From an uncultured cyanobacterium (GTDB lineage: Bacteria; Cyanobacteriota; Cyanobacteriia; Cyanobacteriales; CAWUOF01), in contig CAVUSO010000001.1 of the NCBI GenBank assembly GCA_963744145.1, forward strand, positions 1,870,831 through 1,934,830: a stretch of 64,000 nt of DNA, written 5' to 3'. Under the pieces are notes generated by a model. It had not been told where the DNA came from. It was given only the letters and a program-made list of their open reading frames with translations, and did not search any database. Positions within the stretch are counted from its first letter, which is position 1. Every line of letters begins with the position of its first letter. A program made the position numbers and the translations under genes. This document shows, piece by piece, positions 37,875-48,353 of the stretch.

Positions 37875-39077
37875 CTACTGACGGTCTTTTTGTGACCAAA
37901 CGCGAGTAGGTAAACCCCAAACGTAAATAAAACCTTCAGCAGCTTTATGATCGAATTGGTCTTCAGCTCCGTAGGTAGCTAAATCAAGACTGTAAAGAGA
38001 ATTTTCTGATTTGCGTCCGACAATATTAGCATTGCCTTTAAATAATTTAATCCGCACAGTTCCCGATACTCGCTCTTGAGTTTGTTGGATAAAAGCATCC
38101 AAGGCACCTTTGAGAGGACTATACCACAAGCCATTATAAACTAACTGGCTGTAAGTTTCTTCAATGCCGCGTTTGTAACGGGTAACATCAGCAGTTAGAG
38201 TCAGACTTTCTAAATCCCGGTGAGCATGAATTAAGACTAACATTGCTGGAGATTCGTAGATTTCCCGCGATTTAATCCCCACTAGACGGTTTTCGATCAT
38301 GTCAATCCGTCCGATACCATGATTACCAGCTAATTCATTGAGTTTGCTAATTAAAGCTACTCCCCCCATCCCTTCACCATTTAGCGCGACGGGAATCCCT
38401 TGTTCAAAAGAAATTTCGATATATTCTGGTTCATTGGGAGTATCTTCGATCGCTTTAGTCATCACAAAGACTTCTTCTGGTGGTTCAGTCCAGGGATCTT
38501 CTAATGGTCCAGCTTCGATCGCAATTCCCAGCAAATTCCGGTCAATACTATAGGGAGAGGATTTTTTGACTGGGGAAGGAATACCGAATTTTTCCCCATA
38601 AGCGATCGTTTGTTCGCGACTCATCCCCCATTCCCTAGCTGGTGCTAGGATCTTGAGGTGGGGGTTTAATGCTCCAATGGAAACATCAAAACGGACTTGA
38701 TCATTTCCTTTACCCGTACAACCGTGAGCGATCGCATCAGCACCATATTCTTCAGCTGCTTTAACTAACTCCTTCGCAATCAGCGGACGAGCAAGAGAAG
38801 TAGCGAGAGGATAGCGATTTTCATAGAGAGCATTTGCTTTGATCGCAGGAAACCCATATTCTTGAATAAAGGGTTCTGTTACTTGAGCAATTAGGGATTT
38901 ACTTGCGCCTGATTTCAGGGCTTTTTCACGGATCGGTTCTAGTTCATCACCCTGACCAAGATCTGCTGCTAGGGTAATTACTTCTTCAACGCCCCACTCA
39001 TTCATTAGGTAGGGGATACACACGGAGGTATCGACACCACCAGAATAGGCTAGTACAACTTTTTTAGCGCGACCCAT
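37875..39077 (-). CDS. argG: argininosuccinate synthase
   Basis: AYSGGVDTS (PP-loop) at the N-terminus; 400 aa, typical type I ArgG. Confidence 0.9.
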   Translation of the reverse strand: MGRAKKVVLAYSGGVDTSVCIPYLMNEWGVEEVITLAADLGQGDELEPIREKALKSGASKSLIAQVTEPFIQEYGFPAIKANALYENRYPLATSLARPLIAKELVKAAEEYGADAIAHGCTGKGNDQVRFDVSIGALNPHLKILAPAREWGMSREQTIAYGEKFGIPSPVKKSSPYSIDRNLLGIAIEAGPLEDPWTEPPEEVFVMTKAIEDTPNEPEYIEISFEQGIPVALNGEGMGGVALISKLNELAGNHGIGRIDMIENRLVGIKSREIYESPAMLVLIHAHRDLESLTLTADVTRYKRGIEETYSQLVYNGLWYSPLKGALDAFIQQTQERVSGTVRIKLFKGNANIVGRKSENSLYSLDLATYGAEDQFDHKAAEGFIYVWGLPTRVWSQKDRQ

Positions 39078-39473
39078 TGATATTTTTATTTACTAAGAGA
39101 ACCAAATTTTTATTATCAACCTATTTTCCCCAATCTTTGTCAAAATTTACTGATATTTTTATTTTTTTGGTCTGAGCATCAAAAATCGCGATCGCAATTG
39201 GCGAGGATTATGGAAAATAATTAAAAATATTTAGGGATGACTTGTTAATAAAATTGTGACAAAATTTTAGAATTTGCTGCACCAATCAGAGTGTAAACTG
39301 TTAGGAGAGACCCATTGATCGGAGGAGTTAGAGGAGAGGTCAAACAATTATCCTGGTATAATAAAACAGTCCTAGGACTCTTCTGGGGTTCTGGGACAGC
39401 TCTAACTAGAGTCCTAGTCCATCTCCAGTTCCCTAAAAATGTCCCGAGTATTATTCATCAAAAACTGCCAACT

Positions 39474-40415
39474 ATGACTTATTTCTTAAATGCTGCATTT
39501 TATAAGTTTGTTGAACTATTAGATTTTAGACAACTCAAAGATCCCCTACTTACCTGCTGTAATAACCATCAAGTAAAAGGTAGTATTTTACTAGCCGAAG
39601 AAGGAATTAATGGCATGATCGCAGGTTCCAGCCAAGATGTGCAAACAGTATTAGCATATCTACGTGATGATCCAAGATTAGCTGATTTAGTCCATAAGGA
39701 ATCTTACTCAGAAAAAATCCCGTTTTATCGCATGAAGGTAAAATTAAAACGGGAAATTGTCACGATGGGAGTACCAGAAATTAATCCTAGTCGCATGGCT
39801 GGTAAATATGTTAAACCGGAAGAATGGAACCAACTAATTGACGATCCGGATGTAATTGTGATTGATGTTCGTAATGATTATGAGGTATCGATCGGTACTT
39901 TTAAAGGCTCAATTAATCCCAAAACAAAAAGCTTTTCTGAATTACCTACCTGGCTTCAACAGCAAGAAACTCTCCACCATAAGCCTAAAGTAGCAATGTT
40001 TTGTACAGGTGGAATTCGCTGTGAAAAATCGACGGCATTTTTACGAAGTAAAGGTTTTGCCGAGGTTTATCATTTAGAAGGTGGCATTTTGAAATATCTG
40101 GAAACAGTACCAGAGTCAGAAAGTCGTTGGGAAGGGGAATGTTTTGTTTTTGATGAGCGCGTTTCTGTTGGTCATGGATTAAAGACAGGTGCATATGAAT
40201 TTTGTCGTGCTTGTCGTCAACCAATTAGTAAGGATGATCAAACTTCAGCATTATTTGTACCAGGAGTGAGTTGTCCTCATTGTTATGGTACTACAACTGA
40301 AGCACAAAAAAAAGCATTCTCTGAGCGGCAACGTCAAGTTGAGCTGGCTAATCTTCGTGACCAAATCCATATTGGTGCCCGTTATCAGGAAAGTTCAAAA
40401 GATGGAAATGGCTAA
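39474..40415 (+). CDS. trhO: rhodanese-domain tRNA uridine(34) hydroxylase (UPF0176/YceA)
   Basis: FYKFVELLDFRQL...EGINGMIAG then rhodanese CTGGIRCEKSTAFL, with a C-terminal Cys-rich tail. Start taken at MTYFLNAAFYKF (39474); the track ORF begins 53 codons upstream. Confidence 0.75.
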   Translation: MTYFLNAAFYKFVELLDFRQLKDPLLTCCNNHQVKGSILLAEEGINGMIAGSSQDVQTVLAYLRDDPRLADLVHKESYSEKIPFYRMKVKLKREIVTMGVPEINPSRMAGKYVKPEEWNQLIDDPDVIVIDVRNDYEVSIGTFKGSINPKTKSFSELPTWLQQQETLHHKPKVAMFCTGGIRCEKSTAFLRSKGFAEVYHLEGGILKYLETVPESESRWEGECFVFDERVSVGHGLKTGAYEFCRACRQPISKDDQTSALFVPGVSCPHCYGTTTEAQKKAFSERQRQVELANLRDQIHIGARYQESSKDGNG

Positions 40416-41103
40416 CTCTACAGTATATCCCATTCTCTATTCCTTCCGTCGTTGTCCCTACGCGATCCGAGCCAGATTAGCTTTGTTGGTGAGCGATCGC
40501 TTGTGTGAATTACGAGAAATTAGCTTGAGTGATAAACCCCAGGAGATGTTAGATGTATCTCCTAAAGGTACAGTTCCAGTATTGATTGACACCAATGGGC
40601 TGGTACTGGATGAAAGTATTGATATCATGTTATGGGCATTGAAACAACATGATCCAGAAAAATGGTTAATGCCTGAAAATGGTTCTTTAGAAACTATGCT
40701 GGAGTTGATCGATCAATTTGATCATGGGTTTAAATATCACCTTGATCGTTACAAGTATTCTAACCGTTACCCAGATGTTGATGCCCAAACTCATCGGACA
40801 GAAGGTTTTATATATCTAGCGAGACTGAATGAACAGTTAAGGAAAACAACTTACTTATTTGGCGATCGCATCGCATTAGCTGATCTGGCGATCGCGCCTT
40901 TTGTGCGTCAATTTGCCCATACTGATCAATCTTGGTTTAATCAACAATCAGTGCCCTATCTCCAGACTTGGTTAACAGGTTTAGTAAACTCAGAAATTTA
41001 TACTCTTGTGATGAAAAAATATCCTTTATGGGAATCTGGCAATACAGGGGTTTTTTTTCCGATTTTGGAGCTAGTCATTAGCCTAAATTTTATTTTTTCA
41101 TAA
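40402..41103 (+). CDS. glutathione S-transferase-family / glutaredoxin-2-like protein
   Basis: Starts MEMANSTVYPILYSFRRCPYAIRARLAL (thioredoxin-like GST N-domain), overlapping the trhO stop. The track's longer upstream extension is rejected. Confidence 0.6.
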   Translation: MEMANSTVYPILYSFRRCPYAIRARLALLVSDRLCELREISLSDKPQEMLDVSPKGTVPVLIDTNGLVLDESIDIMLWALKQHDPEKWLMPENGSLETMLELIDQFDHGFKYHLDRYKYSNRYPDVDAQTHRTEGFIYLARLNEQLRKTTYLFGDRIALADLAIAPFVRQFAHTDQSWFNQQSVPYLQTWLTGLVNSEIYTLVMKKYPLWESGNTGVFFPILELVISLNFIFS

Positions 41104-41330
41104 CTACATAGATGCGTTCAGTCGAACTGACGAGGAAGAGAGAAATTGTCTAGATTTTGCCTAGTCTTAAGAAATATTAAAATTTTAATAAATTTACTAA
41201 AGATGGGGAAGCTTTTACCAAATCTTTATTTTTTCTCCTTAGATTTATACCATTGATGATTAAGCCAGCTTTCCGCATTTTTTTTCGTCATCTTAAAATA
41301 TACCAATTTAAAAAAAAAGAGGTTGTTGCC

Positions 41331-41519
41331 ATGTATTGTCCTTGCTGCTCTGAGCCGATGCTACGTCATATTCGTCAGAATCAGCTATACTGGTTTTGTC
41401 GTCATTGTTGGCAAACATTACCTGTATGTACTCTAAGCGAATTTAGCACAGTCCCATCCGTAAATTTACCGACAGAACTAGGTCTGAAAAAACAACATTC
41501 TTCCTTAAAAGTAAGTTAA
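41331..41519 (+). CDS. small Cys-rich (CxxC...CxxC) zinc-ribbon-like protein
   Basis: MYCPCCSEPMLRHIRQNQLYWFCRHCWQTLP, preceded by a GAGG Shine-Dalgarno-like sequence. Confidence 0.35.
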   Translation: MYCPCCSEPMLRHIRQNQLYWFCRHCWQTLPVCTLSEFSTVPSVNLPTELGLKKQHSSLKVS

Positions 41520-41754
41520 CTATTCAGAACCAAAGCTGCAAAAGTTTAGCTCTGATTTAGCGACTAACTGGTGTTCAGACAAACTTTTTTGGCTTGAATA
41601 GATCTGATGATCAGATTGAGTCCAATCCGGTTTAGTTAGCAGGAGAGGTAATTCATAAAATTACCAAATCAAAAGTAGGATAAAACTGTTAACTAAACTG
41701 GATTTATATTCACCCAATAAATCTCAGAAAAAATTATAAAAAATTTATTATTTT

Positions 41755-44700
41755 ATGGCTATAGCCAACTTTCAAAAAGTTAAAATTTTAGGCCAACAAT
41801 TTATTAAAAAACTGGGACATTTGTTACTAGGGATAGTGTTATCTATGGCGGTTTTAATGGTATCACAACAAATAAATATTAACGAAAAAGTTCAGATTGA
41901 GCAGTTAATTCAGCAAGAAGCCAATGCGATCGGCTTAGAAATTAGTAAAGAACTATCAAACCGGATCATAATTTTAAAGCTAATGGCAAATCGTTGGCAA
42001 GTTAGCGGTGGTACAGCCAAAGAGATTTGGGAAACTGATGCTAAAACGACCATCAACAATTTTGCTGGTGAGCAAGCGATCGCCTGGATTGATCCATCAT
42101 TTCAAGTCCAGTGGGTGGTCCCACAAGCAGGAAATCAGGCATTACAAAACTTAGATTTAAGTCAAAAACATCCACACCAAACCACCTTACAGATTGCTCG
42201 TGATTTCCATCAAATTATGATTTCACATCAGATTTCTCTGGGGCAAGAAGAGAAAAGTTTTCTGATAATTTTTCCTTTATTTGTCGGTAATAAATTTGAT
42301 GGATTTCTGATCGAAAAGGTGCAGTTTAAAAGTCTATTTGATCATATTTTAAAAGTACCATATGGCTACAATATAGAGATATATGATGGCCTAGATTTGA
42401 TCTATACCAAAAAGATTCCAGTTCAAACTTCGCTAGAGAAAACAGTTATTATCAAAGACTATAATGCTGATTGGCGCATTACAGTTTTGCCAACTTTAGA
42501 ATTAATTGCAGCGACAAAATCTCCCTGGTCAATGGTAGTATTAATTGGGGGCTTATTTTTAGTTTGGCTAGTGGTATTAGTCGAACATGGATCTTCAAAA
42601 ATTGCCCGCAATATTGCTGAACGCAAAAAAGTAGAAATTGCCCTCGAAAAAGAACTACTACAGACAAAAACACTCTTCCAAACCTCCCGAGATGGAATTG
42701 TAGTGATGGATCATCAGGGTAAGGTGATCGATGCTAGTCCAAGTTTTGCCAAGATGTTAGGTTATACAGTCGAAGAGACATTAAATCTGAGTATTGGTGA
42801 TTGGAATGTTCAATGGACAAAAGAAAAACTACAAAATATCTTCACCACTGAAGAGATGATCCCACTCCTCCAGACCAGATATCTTCGTAAGGATCGGGCT
42901 GAGTATGATGTGGAAATTAGCTGGAATCGGGTAGAATTAGAAGGTGAAAAAGTGCATTTTTGTATCTGTCGGGATATCAGCGATCGCAAACAGGCAGATG
43001 AAATTTTGCGGCATCAGAAAGAATTATTACAAACAGTAATTGAGCGGATTCCGGTGATGATTGCTTTATTTAACCGGGAAGGTCAAATTGAGTTTATTAA
43101 CCCAGAAATGGAGAGACTTTTAGGTTGGTCGCTGCAAGATTGGCAACAAAAAGATATCTTAGCCAAGTGTTATCCTGACCCCTTAGATTGCCAAAAGGTG
43201 AAAGAAAATATGCGCTTGGCAACTGGACAGTGGCAAGATTTAACCACATACACAGCCACAACACAAAAATTAGAAACATCTTGGGCTAACGTGCAACTTT
43301 CTGGTGGGTATTATTTAGCGATTGGACAAGATATTAGCGATCGCAAACAAGCAGAAGCAGCATTACGGGATGCCATAAAAGCCGCCGAAGCCGCCAATTT
43401 GGCCAAAAGTATCTTTCTCGCCAATATGAGCCATGAATTACGCACTCCCCTCAATGTGATTCTCGGATTTGCCCAAGTAATGGCTTATGATTCCTCCCTA
43501 ACTCCCACTCAACAAGAAGACTTACAAACAATTCGACGCAGTGGTGATCACCTCTTGAATTTGATTAACGATATTTTAGATCTCTCCAAAATTGAATCAG
43601 GACATAGCACCATTGACGAGAGCGGATTTGATCTAATTGCCTTACTCCATTCGCTCCGCAATATGTTTGCCGAACGAGCAAGTTCTAAAGGACTTGATAT
43701 CTGTTTAGAGATTGCGCCGGAAGTGGCGCAGTTTATTATTACTGATGTGCAAAAACTGCGTCAGGTATTACTAAATCTTCTTAGTAATGCCATCAAATTT
43801 ACCGAACAGGGCAGCATTACTTTGCAGGTGAATATTGATGCTAACGATCCGGAAACAGCACCGATCACTCGACTGAAATTTGTAGTTAGTGATACAGGTG
43901 TTGGGATAGCATTGGAAGAATTGAACGCCATCTTCGATGCGTTTGTCCAAGCTCAAGCGGGAAAACGTTTAGCTAGTGGAACTGGATTAGGTCTAACCAT
44001 TAGCCGCAAACTATTACAACTTATGGGTGGAGACATTACTGTCAGTAGCACTTTGGGAGTAGGCACTACTTTTACCTTCACTTTACCAGTCAGATCAACT
44101 GTAGCGATGACGATCGCCGATGAACAATCTGATCCCGTTGTGATCAAACTAGCTCCAGGTCAACTCCAGCGTCGGATTTTGGTAGTTGACGATCGCCCGG
44201 AAAATCGTCTGCTGATGGTAAAAATCATGGCTCAAATCGGGTTAAAAGTGCGAGAAGCTAGCGATGGAGAGGAAGCGATCGCCCTAGCGCAAGAGTGGCA
44301 ACCTGACCTAATTTGGATGGACATTCGGATGCCAGGATTAGATGGATACGAAGCGACTAGGCAAATTCGGCGGCAAAAAGGTGGACAGAAACCCATTATC
44401 ATTGCTATCTCTGCCCAAGTTTCCCAGACCGATCATGCCCGCGCCCTGGCTGCTGGCTGTAATGACTATATTAGTAAACCATTCCAAGAAAAGCTCCTCT
44501 TCCTCAAGATGGCCGAATATTTGGGTTTAGAGTATATTAGTCAGGGTGAAAAAACGCCAACAGGAGAACAGATATCCAATCCTAGTCACCCTCGTTCCTC
44601 GGTTAATTCAGATTTTCTCGATCTCAAATCTCTCAAAACCTTACCTGAAAACTGGCTAGTGCAATTGGAAAATGCCGCAGTATGTGGTAACGACGGTGAA

Positions 44701-44832
44701 ATTGTCGCACTAGCAGCTCAATTACCTCCAGAAATGGCTCGACTTACTAGCTATTTAATTGAGTTGGCGGATAAGTATCAATTTGAACAAATTATTAAAC
44801 TGGTCTCAGTAAATACACTATGGGAAATTTAG
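41755..44832 (+). CDS. hybrid sensor histidine kinase (TM, periplasmic sensor, 2 PAS, HisKA, HATPase, REC, C-terminal domain)
   Basis: H-box [13 protein letters not shown]-boxes TGVGIA...GTGLGL. REC VVDDRPENR...DLIWMDIRMPGLDGYE with KPF. Confidence 0.8.
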   Translation: MAIANFQKVKILGQQFIKKLGHLLLGIVLSMAVLMVSQQININEKVQIEQLIQQEANAIGLEISKELSNRIIILKLMANRWQVSGGTAKEIWETDAKTTINNFAGEQAIAWIDPSFQVQWVVPQAGNQALQNLDLSQKHPHQTTLQIARDFHQIMISHQISLGQEEKSFLIIFPLFVGNKFDGFLIEKVQFKSLFDHILKVPYGYNIEIYDGLDLIYTKKIPVQTSLEKTVIIKDYNADWRITVLPTLELIAATKSPWSMVVLIGGLFLVWLVVLVEHGSSKIARNIAERKKVEIALEKELLQTKTLFQTSRDGIVVMDHQGKVIDASPSFAKMLGYTVEETLNLSIGDWNVQWTKEKLQNIFTTEEMIPLLQTRYLRKDRAEYDVEISWNRVELEGEKVHFCICRDISDRKQADEILRHQKELLQTVIERIPVMIALFNREGQIEFINPEMERLLGWSLQDWQQKDILAKCYPDPLDCQKVKENMRLATGQWQDLTTYTATTQKLETSWANVQLSGGYYLAIGQDISDRKQAEAALRDAIKAAEAANLAKSIFLANMSHELRTPLNVILGFAQVMAYDSSLTPTQQEDLQTIRRSGDHLLNLINDILDLSKIESGHSTIDESGFDLIALLHSLRNMFAERASSKGLDICLEIAPEVAQFIITDVQKLRQVLLNLLSNAIKFTEQGSITLQVNIDANDPETAPITRLKFVVSDTGVGIALEELNAIFDAFVQAQAGKRLASGTGLGLTISRKLLQLMGGDITVSSTLGVGTTFTFTLPVRSTVAMTIADEQSDPVVIKLAPGQLQRRILVVDDRPENRLLMVKIMAQIGLKVREASDGEEAIALAQEWQPDLIWMDIRMPGLDGYEATRQIRRQKGGQKPIIIAISAQVSQTDHARALAAGCNDYISKPFQEKLLFLKMAEYLGLEYISQGEKTPTGEQISNPSHPRSSVNSDFLDLKSLKTLPENWLVQLENAAVCGNDGEIVALAAQLPPEMARLTSYLIELADKYQFEQIIKLVSVNTLWEI

Positions 44833-45024
44833 CGATCGTCAATCAATAGCATTTGAGTTTTTGGGGATGAAGTAATTTTAGTCAATTGCAACGAAATATT
44901 ACAAAAAAAATCCAGAAGAAAATGGTTGATTCAGCCAATAGGCTGATCATAGATCATGTATAATTTTTATATTAAAAGCGTGATACCAATTTAATGTGAA
45001 GTTGCACAAATCTAGATTCCCCTA

Positions 45025-45125
45025 AATCCCCCTTAAAAAGGGGGACTTTAAATTCATGCTCCCCCTTAAAAAGGGGGACTTTAAATTCATGCTCCCCCTT
45101 TTTAAGGGGGTTGGGGGGATCAATT
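45025..45125 (+). repeat. tandem 33-bp repeat containing CCCCCTTAAAAAGGGGG hairpins (two full units plus an inverted partial unit)
   Basis: cccccttaaaaagggggactttaaattcatgct occurs twice consecutively, followed by ccccctttttaaggggg. It lies upstream of the phytochrome gene. A (TTTA)n microsatellite is at 45250-45278. Confidence 0.7.
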
Positions 45126-45286
45126 CTATGCAGTTTCATCAAAAATTGGTATTAGGATCTATGCAAATATTGCATTTAGACGCTATAGGTAGGGGGAAAA
45201 GGCTGTTTGTCCCTAATCAATATAAAGGTTTTGCGTAAATCCTGAGCTTTTATTTATTTATTTATTTATTTTTCATCAATCATTCC

Positions 45287-48200
45287 ATGATCCATCAATT
45301 AACATCTCTTACTCCTTTAGATTTACAAAATTTAGAAGATTGTAGTGAAGAATCTGTCATATATGCCCCGGGTTATATTCAGCAATATGGCATTATTCTA
45401 GTGTTGCAAAAAAATGATTTAAAGATTTTGCAAGTCAGTGAAAATGTGCAAAACTTTTTTGGAATTGCGCCAGAAAAATTGCTGAATCAGCCGTTGCAAT
45501 ACCTATTTTCGCGATCGCAAGTCAAACGAATTGTCAGCTATGTAATTGAAAATAATTTAGAAATTCATAATCCCTTTGATTTAAAAATACGTCGTCAAGG
45601 CAAAAATCAGATTTTTAGAAGCACTCTAATTCAAATTACAGATAGTTTTATTCTTGAACTTGAGCCACTACTTCCCATTGAAAAAAATCATTCAACTCAT
45701 TTTTATAGTTGTCTCCAAACAGCCATATTTAAGCTACGTAATACCAAGAATTTCTCTGATTTAACTCAAACTTTAGCGCAACAAGTAAAAAGCATTACTA
45801 AGTTTGATCGCGTCATGGTCTATCGGTTTGAATCTGATAATAATGGGGTAGTAATTGCTGAAGCAAAAGAACCTAATTTAGAGAGTTATTTAGGATTACA
45901 TTACCCATCGATTGATATTCCCCCAGCAGCTCATGAATTGTTTTATAAGAACTGGGTCCGCCAAATTCCTGATGTTAATTATACTCCAGTTCCCATCATT
46001 CCCACGCACCATCCAGTGACAGATAAACCTGTTGATTTAAGTGCTTGTGTATTACGAGGAGTATTTCCTTATCACGTTGAATATTTGCAGAATATGGGAG
46101 TAGCTGGGACAATGACGATTTCTTTAATTAATGATCAGCGTTTGTGGGGATTAATTGCTTGTCATCATTATCGTCCCAGATTAGTAGATTATGAAACTCG
46201 CAAAACCTGTGAATTTTTAGGACAATTTGCTTCAATTGAACTAGTGCATCAGCAAGAACGGGAATTGTTCGCTTATCGAAAAAATGTGAAAGAGATTCAA
46301 GATAAACTCCAACAGGCATTTCGACGAGAGTCTAATTTTATTGACCAGATATTAATAAGTAATGCCGCCGAATTGCTAGATTTGGTTCATAGTCATGGAG
46401 CCGCAATTCTTCTAGATAGTAATCTGACGTTAATCGGTAAAACTCCATCAGAAACAGAAGTGATTAACCTAGTAGAGTGGTTAGTGCAATCTGATCATAA
46501 ACAACTGTTTGCTACAGCATCTCTAGCGGAATTATATCCGCCAGGAAAGAAGTTTAAAGAGGTCGCTAGTGGAGTTTTAGCAATTTCCATTTTACTCAAT
46601 TATACTAAACAAAAGTCCTACCATATTCTCTGGTTTCGACCAGAGCAAATTCAAACTGTAAATTGGGCTGGTAATCCCCATGATGCGATTACGATCAGTG
46701 AAATTGGGAAAATGCAACTATGTCCCCGTAAGTCTTTTGCTCTGTGGAAAGAGACAGTGCGAGAAAAGTCCCATCCCTGGCAGGTGGTAGAGTTAGAAGC
46801 AGCTAGGGAAATGAGAAATATTTTGATGCTAGCTGTGTTGGAGTTTTCCCAAGCTGCTTTAGAGCAAGCGGCAGAACGGGCGGAAATAGCTAATCGGGCC
46901 AAAAGTCAGTTTCTGGCTAAGATGAGTCATGAATTGAGAACTCCCCTCAATGCAATTCTGGGGTTTACTCAGTTAATGAACCGTAGCCTCAATATTCCCA
47001 CGGAATTTCAAGAACATTTAGGAATTATTAGTCGTAGTGGAGAACATCTACTGACATTGATTGATGATGTTTTGGAAATGTCGAGAATTGAGGCTGGTCA
47101 ATTGGTATTGACCCCCAGTTGTTTTGATTTGCATCGGTTGCTTTTTTCAATTAATGATATGTTTGCGCTCAAGGCTGCTCAGAAAGGTTTACGTTTGATC
47201 AGTGCATGGGATCAGACGGTTAGTTGTTATGTTTGTGGCGATAAAGCTAAACTGCGCCAAATTTTGATTAATTTGTTAGGCAATGCTATTAAATTTACAA
47301 CTACAGGCAGTATTACCCTGCGGGGACGTGCTATTTATGTTGAGCATCAGTTAGTGACAATGGGAGAAGAACATACTCCCCATCAGCATGAGGCCAGGTT
47401 AAAGATTAAGGTGGAATTAGAAATTGAGGATACTGGTTGCGGTATTGCTGAAGTTGATCTAGAACCAATTTTTGAAGCTTTTATGCAAACTGATCGTGGT
47501 CGTCATGATCGGGGCACAGGTTTAGGTCTATCGATTAGTCGTCAATTTGCACGTCTGATGGGAGGAGATATTACAGTTTGCAGTACCTTGAATCAAGGTT
47601 CCATTTTTAGTTGTAATGTGTTTTTGGATCTACCCAATCTGATTGATTTACAAGAACCGGAAACTCACGATCGCATTATCGGATTAGAAGCTGGACAGCC
47701 GCTCTATCGGATTCTGATCGCTGAGGATGCTTGGGAAAATCGGCAATTGCTCATGACTCTATTAGATTCGGTTGGGTTTGAAGTCAGTGCAGTGGAAAAT
47801 GGGCTAGAAGCGATCGTTGCTTGGCAAACATGGCGTCCTCATTTAATTTTAATGGATATTCAAATGCCTGTCATGGATGGTTATGAAGCTACTAAACAGA
47901 TTCGCGCGGTGGAGGCTAAAACTCAGAGTATAATAGATAATGGACAAGATACAGCAATTATTGCCCTAACCGCCTTAGCATTTGCCGGCGATCGCACGGC
48001 TTGTTTGCAAGTTGGTTGTAATGATTACATTAGTAAACCATTTACAGAGGCTACTCTTTTCCATAAAATTGCACTTCAGTTAGGTGTTCGCTATCGCTAT
48101 ACCGAAAAAGTCCCGCGCGATATGGTCATGCCCTTATCAAAAACCTTAACTCCACAGGACTTAAAAACTATGCCAAAGGAATGGATTTTAGAGGTTCACG

Positions 48201-48343
48201 AAGCAGCACTTGATCTGAATGATAGTAAGATTTACGAGCTAATTGGCCAAATTTCCCCGGAAAACCAAGCACTAGTTGAAGCACTCAAATCTCTGGTTGA
48301 TAATTTTCAACTCGAAGCGATCGCTAGTTTGACTAAAATTTAG
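45287..48343 (+). CDS. bacteriophytochrome-type photosensory hybrid histidine kinase (PAS-GAF-PHY-HisKA-HATPase-REC)
   Basis: N-terminal [25 protein letters not shown] aligns with the BphP Cys plus IHxPGxIQPHG block. [19 protein letters not shown]. Canonical Cph1/plant Cys position reads [12 protein letters not shown] (Tyr not Cys). H-box [27 protein letters not shown]...[11 protein letters not shown]. Confidence 0.75.
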   Translation: MIHQLTSLTPLDLQNLEDCSEESVIYAPGYIQQYGIILVLQKNDLKILQVSENVQNFFGIAPEKLLNQPLQYLFSRSQVKRIVSYVIENNLEIHNPFDLKIRRQGKNQIFRSTLIQITDSFILELEPLLPIEKNHSTHFYSCLQTAIFKLRNTKNFSDLTQTLAQQVKSITKFDRVMVYRFESDNNGVVIAEAKEPNLESYLGLHYPSIDIPPAAHELFYKNWVRQIPDVNYTPVPIIPTHHPVTDKPVDLSACVLRGVFPYHVEYLQNMGVAGTMTISLINDQRLWGLIACHHYRPRLVDYETRKTCEFLGQFASIELVHQQERELFAYRKNVKEIQDKLQQAFRRESNFIDQILISNAAELLDLVHSHGAAILLDSNLTLIGKTPSETEVINLVEWLVQSDHKQLFATASLAELYPPGKKFKEVASGVLAISILLNYTKQKSYHILWFRPEQIQTVNWAGNPHDAITISEIGKMQLCPRKSFALWKETVREKSHPWQVVELEAAREMRNILMLAVLEFSQAALEQAAERAEIANRAKSQFLAKMSHELRTPLNAILGFTQLMNRSLNIPTEFQEHLGIISRSGEHLLTLIDDVLEMSRIEAGQLVLTPSCFDLHRLLFSINDMFALKAAQKGLRLISAWDQTVSCYVCGDKAKLRQILINLLGNAIKFTTTGSITLRGRAIYVEHQLVTMGEEHTPHQHEARLKIKVELEIEDTGCGIAEVDLEPIFEAFMQTDRGRHDRGTGLGLSISRQFARLMGGDITVCSTLNQGSIFSCNVFLDLPNLIDLQEPETHDRIIGLEAGQPLYRILIAEDAWENRQLLMTLLDSVGFEVSAVENGLEAIVAWQTWRPHLILMDIQMPVMDGYEATKQIRAVEAKTQSIIDNGQDTAIIALTALAFAGDRTACLQVGCNDYISKPFTEATLFHKIALQLGVRYRYTEKVPRDMVMPLSKTLTPQDLKTMPKEWILEVHEAALDLNDSKIYELIGQISPENQALVEALKSLVDNFQLEAIASLTKI

Positions 48344-48353
48344 GAAGAAACAG

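Noticed and set aside
39315-39473. N-terminal 53-codon extension of trhO from the track
   Set aside because: Conserved UPF0176 N-terminus begins at MTYFLNAAFYKF. The upstream extension is unconserved-looking.
40285-40401. Upstream extension of the GST-like ORF
   Set aside because: It would overlap 130 nt of trhO in another frame. ATG at 40402/40408 overlaps the trhO stop in the usual coupled fashion.
45025-45125. Possible CRISPR or terminator array
   Set aside because: Two identical 33-bp units without unique spacers, located upstream of a gene. Treated as a tandem hairpin repeat.
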